Source: a bacterium (GTDB taxonomy: Bacteria; Zhuqueibacterota; Zhuqueibacteria; Oceanimicrobiales; Oceanimicrobiaceae). Taken from it: a DNA stretch of 22,304 bases. A model generated the notes under the pieces. That model saw only the letters and a program-made list of their open reading frames with translations. It ran no database searches and had not been told where the DNA came from. A program made the translations under genes and the position numbers. Shown piece after piece: positions 1-8,516 of the stretch; position 1 is the stretch's first letter; every line of letters starts with the position of its first letter. The DNA lies in contig JBHHYI010000065.1 in NCBI GenBank assembly GCA_046757525.1, forward strand, positions 1 to 22,304, written 5' to 3'.

Positions 1-68
1 TGAATGGGCGCATCGATGCTGTCGCCCCAGAATCCCTGGCCATTTCCGATTAGTACAGGTTCGCGCAT
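1..68 (-). CDS. Acyclic terpene utilization AtuA (DUF1446) family protein, 5' end only (runs off the window edge)
   Basis: Manual translation from ATG at 68 gives MREPVLIGNGQGFWGDSIDAPI, matching the family N-terminal IGxGxGFWGD motif. It lies downstream of an acyl-CoA carboxylase. Absent from the ORF track. Confidence 0.8.
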   Translation of the reverse strand, partial: MREPVLIGNGQGFWGDSIDAPI

Positions 69-296
69 TTCGTCTCTTCTATTTGTTTATGATCTTTGAT
101 CATAATTTGACCAACATCATATATGAGCCTTTCTGTCTTGCTATTCTCCAACCTACTTTTTGTAGTTTTTTTACTGCTTTTTTTCCAGAACAGAGCCTGA
201 TTTTCTGGCTCATATTGTTACTTCAGTAACAATTATCACCTTAAATTTCACCAGTAAGCTCCTAATAATGAAATAGTAAAAATTGCAACAGCAGCC

Positions 297-1961
297 TCAC
301 AAACGCAAAACCCCTGTTTTGTACTCCGGAATCACAGGATTGTTCTGAGCCATTTCCAAACCGCAAATCAAGGTCTTGCGCGTCTCCCGCGGGTCGAGGA
401 CGCCGTCAACCACCAGCCGGGCTGCAGAATAGTAAGGCGAGGTCTCGTATTCGTACTTCTTCACCAGCTTCTCTCGAAAGGCCTCTTTGGTCTGGTCGTC
501 CAAATCTCTTTTGGTTAACAGCACGGTGTCTGCGGCTATTCCGCCGTCCATGACCGCCAACCGCGCCGTAGGCCAGGAGAAAATCAATCTGGGATCGTAG
601 GCTTTGCCACACATGGCGTAGTTGCCAGCGCCAAAACTATTGCGCACGATGACCGAAAATTTGGGCACCACGGAGTTGGCCTGCACATTGACCATCTCGG
701 CCCCATCTTTGATGATGCCGTTGTTTTCAGCAACCTTCCCCACCATAAATCCGGTGACGTCGTGCAAAAAGACCAGTGGAACCAGCCGTTCGTTGCAAAG
801 CATGATGAAATGGGAAGCCTTGTTGGCTGAGTCGCTGTAAATGACGTTGCCGATCTGGATCTGTGGTGGCTGTGGATTCCCCAGCACATCCGGGGGCATC
901 TCGCGGCGCACCGACTTGCCCTGGTTGGCCACGATGCCTACCGAGAATCCGCCGATTCTGGCAAAACAGGTAATCAGGGTCGGGCCGAAGTTGGGCTTGA
1001 ATTCCTCAAATCGACTGCCGTCCACGATGCGGGCGATGATTTCCCGCATTTCATAGGTCCCGGTAGCTTCGTTGGGTAGGATGCCAAGAATCTCCTCCGG
1101 GTCGTATTTGGGCGGCTCAGCGGCGCCTCGCGCATAGCCAGCTTGTTCGCGCTTACCAATGGCCGCCACCTGATCGCGGATCCATTGAATGGCCTGGTCC
1201 TCGTTTTCGAATTGATAATCCGCAACCCCGCTGATGGCGTTGTGCATGCTGGCTCCACCCAGCGCTTCATTGTCCACCACCTGGCCCACCGCTGACTTGA
1301 CGAGAAAAGGCCCGGCCAAATACATGCTCGATTGCTGGCTGACCATGGCCAGATCGCTGCTCATGCCCGGCAAATAAGCTCCGCCAGCAACACTATAACC
1401 GAAGACGCAAGAAATCTGCGGAATGCCCAGCGCCGCCATCTTCGCGTTATTTCTAAATATACGGCCAAAATGAAACTTGTCAGGAAATATTTCAGCCTGT
1501 CGTTCCAGATTCACCCCCGCCGAATCGACCATGTAGATGATCGGCAGGCGATTGTCCATGGCGATTTCCTGAGCGCGCAGATTCTTCTTGCAGGTGGTCT
1601 CCACCCAGGCGCCTGATTTTACCAAAGGATCGTTGCCCATGATGACCACTTTGCGACCACATACTGTGGCGATCACCACCACCGTTCCTGCCGAAGGATA
1701 CCCGCCGGGGATATCCTCATACATATCAAGCGCGGCTAAGGCGCCGATTTCTAATACTTCGGAGCCCGGGTCGACGACTTTCTTGATCTTTTCGCGTACG
1801 GGATACTTCCCGCGTTTCCTGAGTTTTTCAACGGCAGCCGGTTGAGCCTTCCTGACGCTTTTCAACTTCAGATTCAAATCGCTTAGAAGTGTGAGCATGT
1901 AACTCCTGCATTTCTTATAGTCTTCGGTTTTGGCATCCAACCGGCTTTGGAAAACTTTCAT
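297..1961 (-). CDS. Acyl-CoA carboxylase carboxyltransferase (beta) subunit, MccB/LiuB/PccB-like
   Basis: 554 aa with carboxyltransferase motifs KKNLRAQEIA, DSAGVNL, VAGGAY, LGGASMH, DVTGFMVG and SFGAGNYAMCG. Substrate cannot be determined from sequence. Confidence 0.93.
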   Translation of the reverse strand: MKVFQSRLDAKTEDYKKCRSYMLTLLSDLNLKLKSVRKAQPAAVEKLRKRGKYPVREKIKKVVDPGSEVLEIGALAALDMYEDIPGGYPSAGTVVVIATVCGRKVVIMGNDPLVKSGAWVETTCKKNLRAQEIAMDNRLPIIYMVDSAGVNLERQAEIFPDKFHFGRIFRNNAKMAALGIPQISCVFGYSVAGGAYLPGMSSDLAMVSQQSSMYLAGPFLVKSAVGQVVDNEALGGASMHNAISGVADYQFENEDQAIQWIRDQVAAIGKREQAGYARGAAEPPKYDPEEILGILPNEATGTYEMREIIARIVDGSRFEEFKPNFGPTLITCFARIGGFSVGIVANQGKSVRREMPPDVLGNPQPPQIQIGNVIYSDSANKASHFIMLCNERLVPLVFLHDVTGFMVGKVAENNGIIKDGAEMVNVQANSVVPKFSVIVRNSFGAGNYAMCGKAYDPRLIFSWPTARLAVMDGGIAADTVLLTKRDLDDQTKEAFREKLVKKYEYETSPYYSAARLVVDGVLDPRETRKTLICGLEMAQNNPVIPEYKTGVLRL

Positions 1962-1989
1962 GAAGATTAAAGCAATCCCTTCTGTTGGT

Positions 1990-3687
1990 TCATCTCAAAT
2001 CCTTCACGCGTAATTGAATGGTTTTTCGACCCTGCCATTCGTTCTCATCGACCACATAGGCCATCTCAACGTTGGGTTCACCCGGAGAAATCCGATACAA
2101 CAAATCTCCAAGCTTATACCCAATGGCGTCCATGACCACTCCAGAATGGCGGATTTTGAACTTCAAATGGTTGTTGCCAACGATGGCGGGACTCCCCACG
2201 ATTTGTAAATCTCTGGTGCAAAAGACCGGGCGCATATTCTGCGGGCCAAAAGGTGCCATTTTATTCAACAGTTTCAGAAAATCCCAATTGATGTCGCTGA
2301 ATCGTAACTCTCCGTCAATCCTCAACTTGGGCGTAAGCAGCTCTTGATTCAAAACACTCGAAGCCACCTGGTCAAATCTTTCTCGAAACAACGAAATGTT
2401 TTGAGCCTTAATGGTAAGACCGGCGGCATATTTGTGTCCACCGAACTCGACCATCAAATCCTGACACGATTTGAGAGCCTGATAGATGTCAAAGCCAGGA
2501 ATGCTTCGGGCTGAACCCTTGCCCATGCCGTTTTCCGTAGTGATCATGATCGTGGGCCGGTAATACTTCTCAACAATTCGCGACGCCACAATGCCGATCA
2601 CACCGGGGTGCCAACCCTGCTTGTTCAAAACCAGGGTGTTTTTCAAGACGCTGTTCTCATTGCTTTCAATGATTTCCTGAGCTTGTAAAAATGTTTCCTC
2701 ATCGATGTTTCGACGATTGCGATTCTCAGAGTCCAAAATCGCCGCAATGTTATTGGCTTGCTGGGCGCTTTCGCTGGTGAGCAGGCGCACGGCGCGTCCA
2801 GCATCCCCAAGCCTGCCAACCGCGTTTATTCTGGGAGCCAAAGTGAATACGACCTGCCCGGTTCCAATCTTCTGTGTGCCCAGACCCGACACCGCTATGA
2901 GCGCCTTAATTCCGAGATTCTCTGTGCTGGCCAGGGCTTTCAAGCCAAACTTCACCAGGGTTCTGTTTTCACCTACCAAAGGCACGATATCCGCAGAACT
3001 GCCAATCGCCACCAAATCCAAATACTTCCAGACTTTATCCTGGTCCAAATGAAGGGTTTGTTGCAGTCCCTGGATTAGTTTGAATGCTACCCCTACGCCA
3101 GCCAATTGTTTGAACGGGTATGAGCAATCCGCTCTTTTGGGGTTGAGCAGGGCCAAAGCCTGTGGCAGCTCTGGCCCGGGTTGATGATGGTCACAAACGA
3201 TAACATCCATGCCCAGTTGTTGCGCCAGGGCCACCTCACCCAAGGCAGTCACCCCGCAGTCAACGGCAATGATTAAGTCGATCCTGTTTTCGCGTGCCTG
3301 TCGAACGCCTTTCTCGGAAAGCCCATAGCCTTCGGTCATTCGGTCCGGAATATAAAAGCTGACGGCGTGTCCTAAGTCTCTAAAAAATAGCATGAGCATG
3401 GAAGTGCCGGTGATGCCATCCACATCGTAATCCCCGTAAATCAAAATCCTTTCCTTATTAGACAGCGCTGCCTGAATTCTTTCAATGGCTCGCTGCATGC
3501 CGGCCATAAGAAACGGATCGTGCAAGTGTTCCAACCTGGGCACAAAATACCGTCTGGCCGACTCCACGTCTTCTATGCCGCGGTTCAACAAGATTCTTGC
3601 TAATATTTCCGGTGAGTTTAAATCAGAAGAAAGATTCTTGATCTGTTCCAAACTGTGGGTGTCGTCCAACCGCCATTGTAATTCCAT
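1990..3687 (-). CDS. recJ: Single-stranded-DNA-specific exonuclease RecJ
   Basis: DHH family motifs YGDYDVDG, VDCG, CDHH, PRINAVGRL, GSARS, GGHKYAAG, PFGPQN and a C-terminal OB region. AAGGA RBS. Confidence 0.97.
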   Translation of the reverse strand: MELQWRLDDTHSLEQIKNLSSDLNSPEILARILLNRGIEDVESARRYFVPRLEHLHDPFLMAGMQRAIERIQAALSNKERILIYGDYDVDGITGTSMLMLFFRDLGHAVSFYIPDRMTEGYGLSEKGVRQARENRIDLIIAVDCGVTALGEVALAQQLGMDVIVCDHHQPGPELPQALALLNPKRADCSYPFKQLAGVGVAFKLIQGLQQTLHLDQDKVWKYLDLVAIGSSADIVPLVGENRTLVKFGLKALASTENLGIKALIAVSGLGTQKIGTGQVVFTLAPRINAVGRLGDAGRAVRLLTSESAQQANNIAAILDSENRNRRNIDEETFLQAQEIIESNENSVLKNTLVLNKQGWHPGVIGIVASRIVEKYYRPTIMITTENGMGKGSARSIPGFDIYQALKSCQDLMVEFGGHKYAAGLTIKAQNISLFRERFDQVASSVLNQELLTPKLRIDGELRFSDINWDFLKLLNKMAPFGPQNMRPVFCTRDLQIVGSPAIVGNNHLKFKIRHSGVVMDAIGYKLGDLLYRISPGEPNVEMAYVVDENEWQGRKTIQLRVKDLR

Positions 3688-3717
3688 CTAAAATCCTTTT
3701 TTGAGTTCTTTAAACGC

Positions 3718-4160
3718 CAATCCAAAGCAAACCGATAAGCCGAATTCTGTCTTCCTCGCAAAATCGAGGGAGGCGACCATTTATCTAGCCCCGCCATTGC
3801 TGACGGGGTCAAGCGACCTACCCGTCCCGCCCCTTACCCAAAAGGTAAAGTTGAGCGGGCCACTCTATTTTCCGCCCCTTGAAGTCAAAGTGTTTTATGG
3901 CGCAGAAAGGCGGGACTTATTTGGTCTTGCTCCGGGCGGGGTTTGCCTGGCTTCCGACATCACTGCCGGAACGGTGAGCTCTTACCTCACCATTTCACCT
4001 TTGCCTGTTCCGGCACCTGCCGGACATCGGCCGTGTCTTTTCTGTGGCACTTTCCGTAGGGTCACCCCTCCTCCGCGTTACGGAGCGCCCTGCCCTGTGG
4101 AGTTCGGACTTTCCTCATCAGGACTCTGCCTGACGCGGTCGCCTGGCTTGCTTTGGATTG
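3718..4160 (-). ncRNA. rnpB: Ribonuclease P RNA, bacterial type A
   Basis: Minus strand has GAGGAAAGTCCGAACTCC near the 5' end, AGTGCCACAGAAA, GGTAAGAGC, GGCAAACCCC and ACAGAATTCGGCTTA near the 3' end. The terminal P1 arms CAATCCAAAGCAAG and TTTGCTTTGGATTG are complementary. Confidence 0.97.
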
Positions 4161-4176
4161 ACACAACTCTATCTCT

Positions 4177-4185
4177 ATCATAGCA
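4177..4185 (-). promoter_or_regulatory. Extended -10 promoter element for rnpB
   Basis: Minus strand TGcTATGAT about 17 nt upstream of the P1 helix. The -35 region is weak. Confidence 0.5.
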
Positions 4186-4200
4186 CTCGAATTCGAAGGC

Positions 4201-4926
4201 TTAACTTGTCACGGCTTCGTTGTGAGTCTTATTGATCAAGATTCTCCCGCAAGATTCACACAATATGAATTGATTCATGGCGCGTACCTCCATAACTTTT
4301 TGCGGAGGGATCGCGGAAAAGCATCCCGCACAAGCATATCGGTTGACCTCGACCACGGCACTGCCGCCCTTGCCTTTGCGAATTCTTTCATAATGATGAA
4401 GAATGGGCTTGCTGATATGACTGACAAGCTCCCCTCGTTTTTTCTTCAGCATATTGAAATCAGTTTCCGTCTCCTGGATCCTGACAGTCAGCTCCTTTTC
4501 CTTGTCAGCCAGTCTTTCCCTGATCTCATTTAGACGGCTTGTTAAGCTCTTAATGTCTTCGCTTATGTGCTCCTCGGCCTCAAACGATTCGATTATCTTG
4601 GTTTCACTATCGTCAATTTTCTCCGAAGTAGCATCGATTTCCAGAGTGATGGCATCGTATTCTTTGTTGCTCTTAACAGCGTATAGCTGATTCTGGTATT
4701 TCTTTAAATCCTCTTCATAGGATTTCACTTCCACTTCCCAACGCATTTTGGATTTCTTCAAGTCCTCCAACTTGCCTCTTAAGTCGTTAAGATTCGCTTC
4801 GTTTTCCCGCAATTCAGCTTGCAAAGATTCAACTTGTTGCGGCAAATTACCTTTCAAAGCCTCGAGAGCTTGCAGTTTAGAATCGACCTCCTGCAGATCA
4901 ATCAGATTGTATAGCACCTCTTTCAA
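4201..4926 (-). CDS. C4-type zinc-ribbon coiled-coil protein (DUF164 / CT398-like)
   Basis: Long coiled coil with the KSNKEYDAI motif and C-terminal CAGC...CESCGRIL. TTG start preceded by AGGAGG. Confidence 0.92.
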   Translation of the reverse strand: MKEVLYNLIDLQEVDSKLQALEALKGNLPQQVESLQAELRENEANLNDLRGKLEDLKKSKMRWEVEVKSYEEDLKKYQNQLYAVKSNKEYDAITLEIDATSEKIDDSETKIIESFEAEEHISEDIKSLTSRLNEIRERLADKEKELTVRIQETETDFNMLKKKRGELVSHISKPILHHYERIRKGKGGSAVVEVNRYACAGCFSAIPPQKVMEVRAMNQFILCESCGRILINKTHNEAVTS

Positions 4927-4990
4927 TGTGTCCTCCTAAGAATTAGATTGTAGCCCCTCACTCATGTTCATTCCAGAACTGGTCATAAAC

Positions 4991-5018
4991 AAAAAATGCA
5001 CCTCAATTGGGGTGCATT
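4991..5018 (-). terminator. Intrinsic terminator upstream of the zinc-ribbon gene
   Basis: Minus strand AATGCACC-ccaattga-GGTGCATT stem followed by TTTTGTTT. Confidence 0.65.
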
Positions 5019-5171
5019 AATTTGAATCTTTGTGAAAAAGTTTATTGAAAGATTTATTCTAATCAGGTCTATAATTGCTCCTCCTCCTAAGCAACAAGGA
5101 TGAAGAAATCTGCTCATAGATACTATTGCTAAGTACTCATTAATTCCAGGCCATTCGCTTTAACTGTTTTC

Positions 5172-5200
5172 AATATATTAATTATTGAAAAGAAATGCAA
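5172..5200 (-). promoter_or_regulatory. Sigma70-type promoter
   Basis: Minus strand TTGCAT-N17-TATATT in an AT-rich region, pointing toward the terminator at 4991-5018. Confidence 0.6.
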
Positions 5201-5298
5201 GCGTTTTTATTCGCAATCATTATATTCGGGTGCATTACACATTTGGAACGGTTGGGGCCACTTCAAAGGGCTGCACAGCGCGACGCAGCCGCAAACGA

Positions 5299-5428
5299 GT
5301 GGAACACGGATTTGTTCCTTGTGAAAATCAAACGGTTCATGAGCCATGCGGTTCGGAGTCACTGCCTCAAACAGATTTAGTCGGGCTAATCCGTTCGGAT
5401 CAGTTAAATCCGTGCAATCCGCGTTCCA
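5299..5428. repeat. Degenerate REP/MITE-like inverted element
   Basis: GGAACACGGATTT at the left is complementary to AAATCCGTG and imperfectly to ATCCGCGTTCC at the right. The right arm has three tandem AATCCG units. Confidence 0.4.
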
Positions 5429-5647
5429 ATTCTTTTTGCACTCTTGTCAGTCGGGCGTCCGTCAAGGGCCGGACCTCTGAGTGGCCTGACCGATGCAAGA
5501 AGTGAGGCGTAATACTATGAAAGAGAGTTCCTTGATTCCCGATCCGCCGGAAGAGGACCACTTCACCACCAAAGTGTTGAGGTTGGCAAAATGATCGTCG
5601 CTGGTTAATTGTTCCACATAGAGTGGGAAGAATTTACAAATGCAAGC

Positions 5648-5695
5648 CGGTGGGGACTCTCAGGAGAGCTCTGGCTCCCCATGGAACCCCCACCG
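5648..5695. other. GC-rich stem-loop downstream of the Spy-like gene (possible terminator or mRNA stabiliser)
   Basis: CGGTGGGG (5648-5655) pairs with CCCCACCG (5688-5695), with an inner GAGC/GCTC stem. Only a weak U-tract follows. Confidence 0.35.
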
Positions 5696-5750
5696 CACTT
5701 GGCCGGGCACCATTTGACGCGTCGCAGCAAGCTGACCCAAGAGCACCGCG

Positions 5751-6743
5751 TCAGTTCTCTACTCCGGAAGACCGGTCTTGCCTTTTTGCTCGTCGGGCCG
5801 CTTTTAACGCTTCGTATTTCTTCAATTGTTCGGCGTTTAGGGTCTTTTGAATCTCGGCGTCGACCTGGCTGATTCTTTCGCGCATGGCCTGCCGCAACTC
5901 TTCGCGGCTGCGGCCACCGCGATTGCCGTTCAGCTCTGCTTTCACGCTCGAACGCACGTTGGAGAAGATTTCCTTGAGCTGAGCTTGTTGGGCAGCATCT
6001 AAGTCGAGCGCAGCCGTCAGGTGTTCGATGCGTTTTTGGGCGCGCTTGCTACGAAATCTCTCAACACGCGACTTGATTTGTGCTCGGTTTTCTTTTTTCA
6101 TCTGGAGATAAGCGGTCTGTTGCTCCGGGGTCAATAGGCTCAAGATCTGCTCTTCACGTTCCCGGGCGAGTTTTCTTCTTTGTTTGCGGAATTCAGCCGG
6201 ATTTTCGCCTGGACTTATTGCCGGTCGTGGCTTTTCCTGGCGAATCAACGCTTTTACCTGGCTGACCTGATCCTCGGTCAAATCGAGTTTTTCTCTAAGG
6301 GCGGCAACCCGCTTCTCCACCAGTTCATCCGGCACCTGACCGTTGTCTAACTGGGCCTTCCAGGCCTCGGCTTTGGCGCGCTGTTCCGGCGTTAAGACGG
6401 CCAAAATCTTCTGTTGCGTGGCTTGCCGCATTTCTTTCCGCTCGGCTTTCATTTCCTTTAAAGACAGCCGGTTTTCAAGAGACCCTTGCAGAGATTTGAA
6501 TGCTTCTCGTTGTGATTCGAGAATTTCTTTGATTTGAGCGCGTTGCTCTTGCGTCAAGTCGAGCGCAGCCAGTATTCTGGCGCGACGACCGTGCACCGGA
6601 GAGAAGGCTACCTCCGAACTTTCCAGGCTGCTCTTGCTGAGCGCGCTGGAATCGACGGATGTGGGGCTGAGTACACCTTTGTTGGAACAACTAACGATGA
6701 GCGTCGAAATCATTATGAGCATGCTCAGATTTACTGCTTTCAT
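5751..6743 (-). CDS. Spy/CpxP-family (LTXXQ) lipoprotein with three tandem modules
   Basis: Lipobox-like LIVSC. Paired motifs LDLTQEQ/LTPEQ, LDLTEDQ/LTPEQ and LDLDAAQ/LNAEQ. AAGGAGG RBS. Confidence 0.85.
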   Translation of the reverse strand: MKAVNLSMLIMISTLIVSCSNKGVLSPTSVDSSALSKSSLESSEVAFSPVHGRRARILAALDLTQEQRAQIKEILESQREAFKSLQGSLENRLSLKEMKAERKEMRQATQQKILAVLTPEQRAKAEAWKAQLDNGQVPDELVEKRVAALREKLDLTEDQVSQVKALIRQEKPRPAISPGENPAEFRKQRRKLAREREEQILSLLTPEQQTAYLQMKKENRAQIKSRVERFRSKRAQKRIEHLTAALDLDAAQQAQLKEIFSNVRSSVKAELNGNRGGRSREELRQAMRERISQVDAEIQKTLNAEQLKKYEALKAARRAKRQDRSSGVEN

Positions 6744-6794
6744 GATTGGCCTCCTTTTTTGCTTGGGCGTAATGTTGAAAATTTGTTGAGTTAA

Positions 6795-6822
6795 TAGACC
6801 CCCTTTGCCCGCCTTTCGTATC
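6795..6822 (-). promoter_or_regulatory. Putative ECF sigma promoter
   Basis: Minus strand GATAC-N18-GTCTA about 50 nt before the ATG at 6743. Same -10 and spacing as the site at 7657-7684. Confidence 0.45.
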
Positions 6823-6887
6823 GGGAACTCGAATGCACTCCCTTCTTTCCCAGAACCGCATCTGTGTTGTGCAATATTTTTGCCGCT

Positions 6888-7610
6888 TCAGCTCCCGGAT
6901 CCGTTGTTTTCAAAGCAGGGACCTTGCAGCGTGGCCACCCACGCGTCCCATTTGGCTTGCTGGGTTTCATTTAGGATCGAGCGCACTTTGTCGAAAAGCG
7001 CCAACTGGCAGTCACACAAGGCTTGCTGCGTGGCCTGGCTGGCCGGATTGTTGCGAATCGCCTCGCGGGTACGGTTGTTGAGAGCGCGGATGCGTTCTTG
7101 CGCCTGGGCTCGGTCCAGGGCACCGCTACGCAGCGAATCGATGATCGCCTGGCGCGCCTCATTGGCAGCCTGAATGATTTCCCGGTTGGCCTCGCGGAAG
7201 GCCCGCAGCGGTTCCTGAATGCAGTCACGATGCTCGGACATAAACTCGCGCACCTGGGACCTTTGCGCTTCACTTAACTCCAGCTCCCGGAGAATCTGTC
7301 CCAGGTGATTGCCGCTGTTTGCGCGGTTGCCCCTCGGCCCAAAGGGCCCCCGCGGCCCGCGCCGACCGAATGGTCCGCCATCCCGGAAAAAGCTGCCATT
7401 GAAAAGCTTGGGGTTGATGGCAAACTCTGTTGTGAGCGTTGCTCCTTCGATTTCGTCCATCGCATCTGCAAAACCAAAGACGGCAAACTCACCAGATTCA
7501 AAGTCAACATCAGCAGCCTGATTGTTTAGCCCGGAATCGCCCTTACAACCAAGCATGACAACAAGGGCCAATAATAGGAAAAGAGACTTGAGGTTTTGAA
7601 TCTTGTTCAT
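6888..7610 (-). CDS. Spy/CpxP-family lipoprotein
   Basis: Start reassigned to ATG 7610 (MNKIQNLK), which has a GAGGAG RBS and is followed by a signal peptide with VMLGC lipobox. Motifs LELSEAQ and LNETQ. Confidence 0.8.
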   Translation of the reverse strand: MNKIQNLKSLFLLLALVVMLGCKGDSGLNNQAADVDFESGEFAVFGFADAMDEIEGATLTTEFAINPKLFNGSFFRDGGPFGRRGPRGPFGPRGNRANSGNHLGQILRELELSEAQRSQVREFMSEHRDCIQEPLRAFREANREIIQAANEARQAIIDSLRSGALDRAQAQERIRALNNRTREAIRNNPASQATQQALCDCQLALFDKVRSILNETQQAKWDAWVATLQGPCFENNGSGS

Positions 7611-7656
7611 CTTAATCTCCTCAGCATTTTGGGTGCGAGATTTCAAATTCACCAAT

Positions 7657-7684
7657 TAGACAAACGAAATTCTGATTTAATTCC
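7657..7684 (-). promoter_or_regulatory. Putative RpoE/ECF sigma promoter
   Basis: Minus strand GGAAT-N18-GTCTA(A), close to the sigmaE consensus GGAACTT-N16-GTCTAA, about 46 nt before ATG 7610. Confidence 0.55.
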
Positions 7685-7867
7685 CGGTTGACAAGAAATG
7701 TTGCCTGTGAGATGTTCCCAAAAAACCGACTCTTCTCCACCACAGCTTGCAGTTAGCCTTACCCACGGCGCATGGCAAAGACAGTGCATCGAACGGGAGT
7801 ACCACAACAGCAAAAAACATCGGGAAGGGGAATCGAAGTCCTCAAAGGTTGATCTCATAGGAAAAGA

Positions 7868-7975
7868 TTTAGAAGGGATAAACTGCGGGGTGACAGAAGG
7901 ATTCCTTACAGGTGCCCGTATCGGGTCGCTCGTGGTTGGGAATGGTCATGATTTGCCAGCCGGCCCTGAATTTGC
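7868..7975 (-). pseudogene. HicA-family toxin C-terminal remnant
   Basis: An alternative frame reads QIMTIPNHERPDTGTCK, followed after a shift by QFIP. This resembles the HicA T-[IV]-P-x-H-x-E-L-D-x-G-T-L...IP pattern. Confidence 0.4.
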
Positions 7976-7979
7976 AATT

Positions 7980-8514
7980 CTGAAGTGGTGCACGGCGCCG
8001 ACTTCACCCAGAAGGTGTAGATGATGTCGGCGTTCTGGTTGCCGCAGGCGGGGCATTCGGTCTCATAAAGCTCCAGCAGCGTTTCTTTGAGAGGTTTACC
8101 GGACCAGTCCACCTGGCGTTTGGCCAGGCGGTCGAAGGCCGCTTCCAATTCCGCCAGATCCACCGGTTCCACTTCGGTCTTGACGATGAACCAGGCCACC
8201 GGATTGAGGTCGATACCGATGACCTTGCATCCTGGGCGCAGGGCTTCTACCACGGTGGTGCAGCCGCCCATGAACGGGTCGAGAATCACCTTGCCGTTGG
8301 TATCGGGGTCGTGGGTGTGATCGCGGTAAAATTCTTTCATCATGTCAGTGCCGGCAGGTTTCAGAGCACCCAGTAGGATGGCCCGAAACACCGACGACGA
8401 GCGCCGCGCGAACCACTTGTGCATCTTGTAGATGGGCTTAAAGGCGTTGCGTTCCGGCACCGCCAGCCGGTTGATGTCCACGACGGGAAAGTATTCTTCG
8501 ATGGCACATTCCAT
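7980..8514 (-). pseudogene. DUF1156-domain adenine DNA methyltransferase, N-terminal fragment
   Basis: From ATG 8514: MHKWFARR, SAM-binding motif LDPFMGGCTT, DLNPVA and zinc ribbon CPAC. Similarity ends after FWVKSAPCT at about 175 aa, with no catalytic DPPY region. Confidence 0.85.
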
Positions 8515-8516
8515 GC

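Noticed and set aside
3701..4183. 160-aa plus-strand ORF
   Set aside because: Antisense shadow of rnpB, with no protein motifs.
4983..5117. 44-codon minus-strand ORF (MSRFLHPCC...) as a leader peptide
   Set aside because: No RBS before its ATG, and it ends beyond the terminator U-tract, unlike classical attenuator peptides.
4988..5165. 6S RNA, suggested by the ~180-nt length
   Set aside because: I could not find the end-to-end rod pairing with a central bubble.
5185..5592. Short ORFs in the gap between the zinc-ribbon and Spy-like genes
   Set aside because: No motifs or convincing RBS, and they overlap repeat-like sequence.
6790..6830. c-di-GMP-I riboswitch, suggested by GAAA and GCAAA words
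   Set aside because: The required P2/P3 stems and motif order are absent. An ECF promoter explains the segment better.
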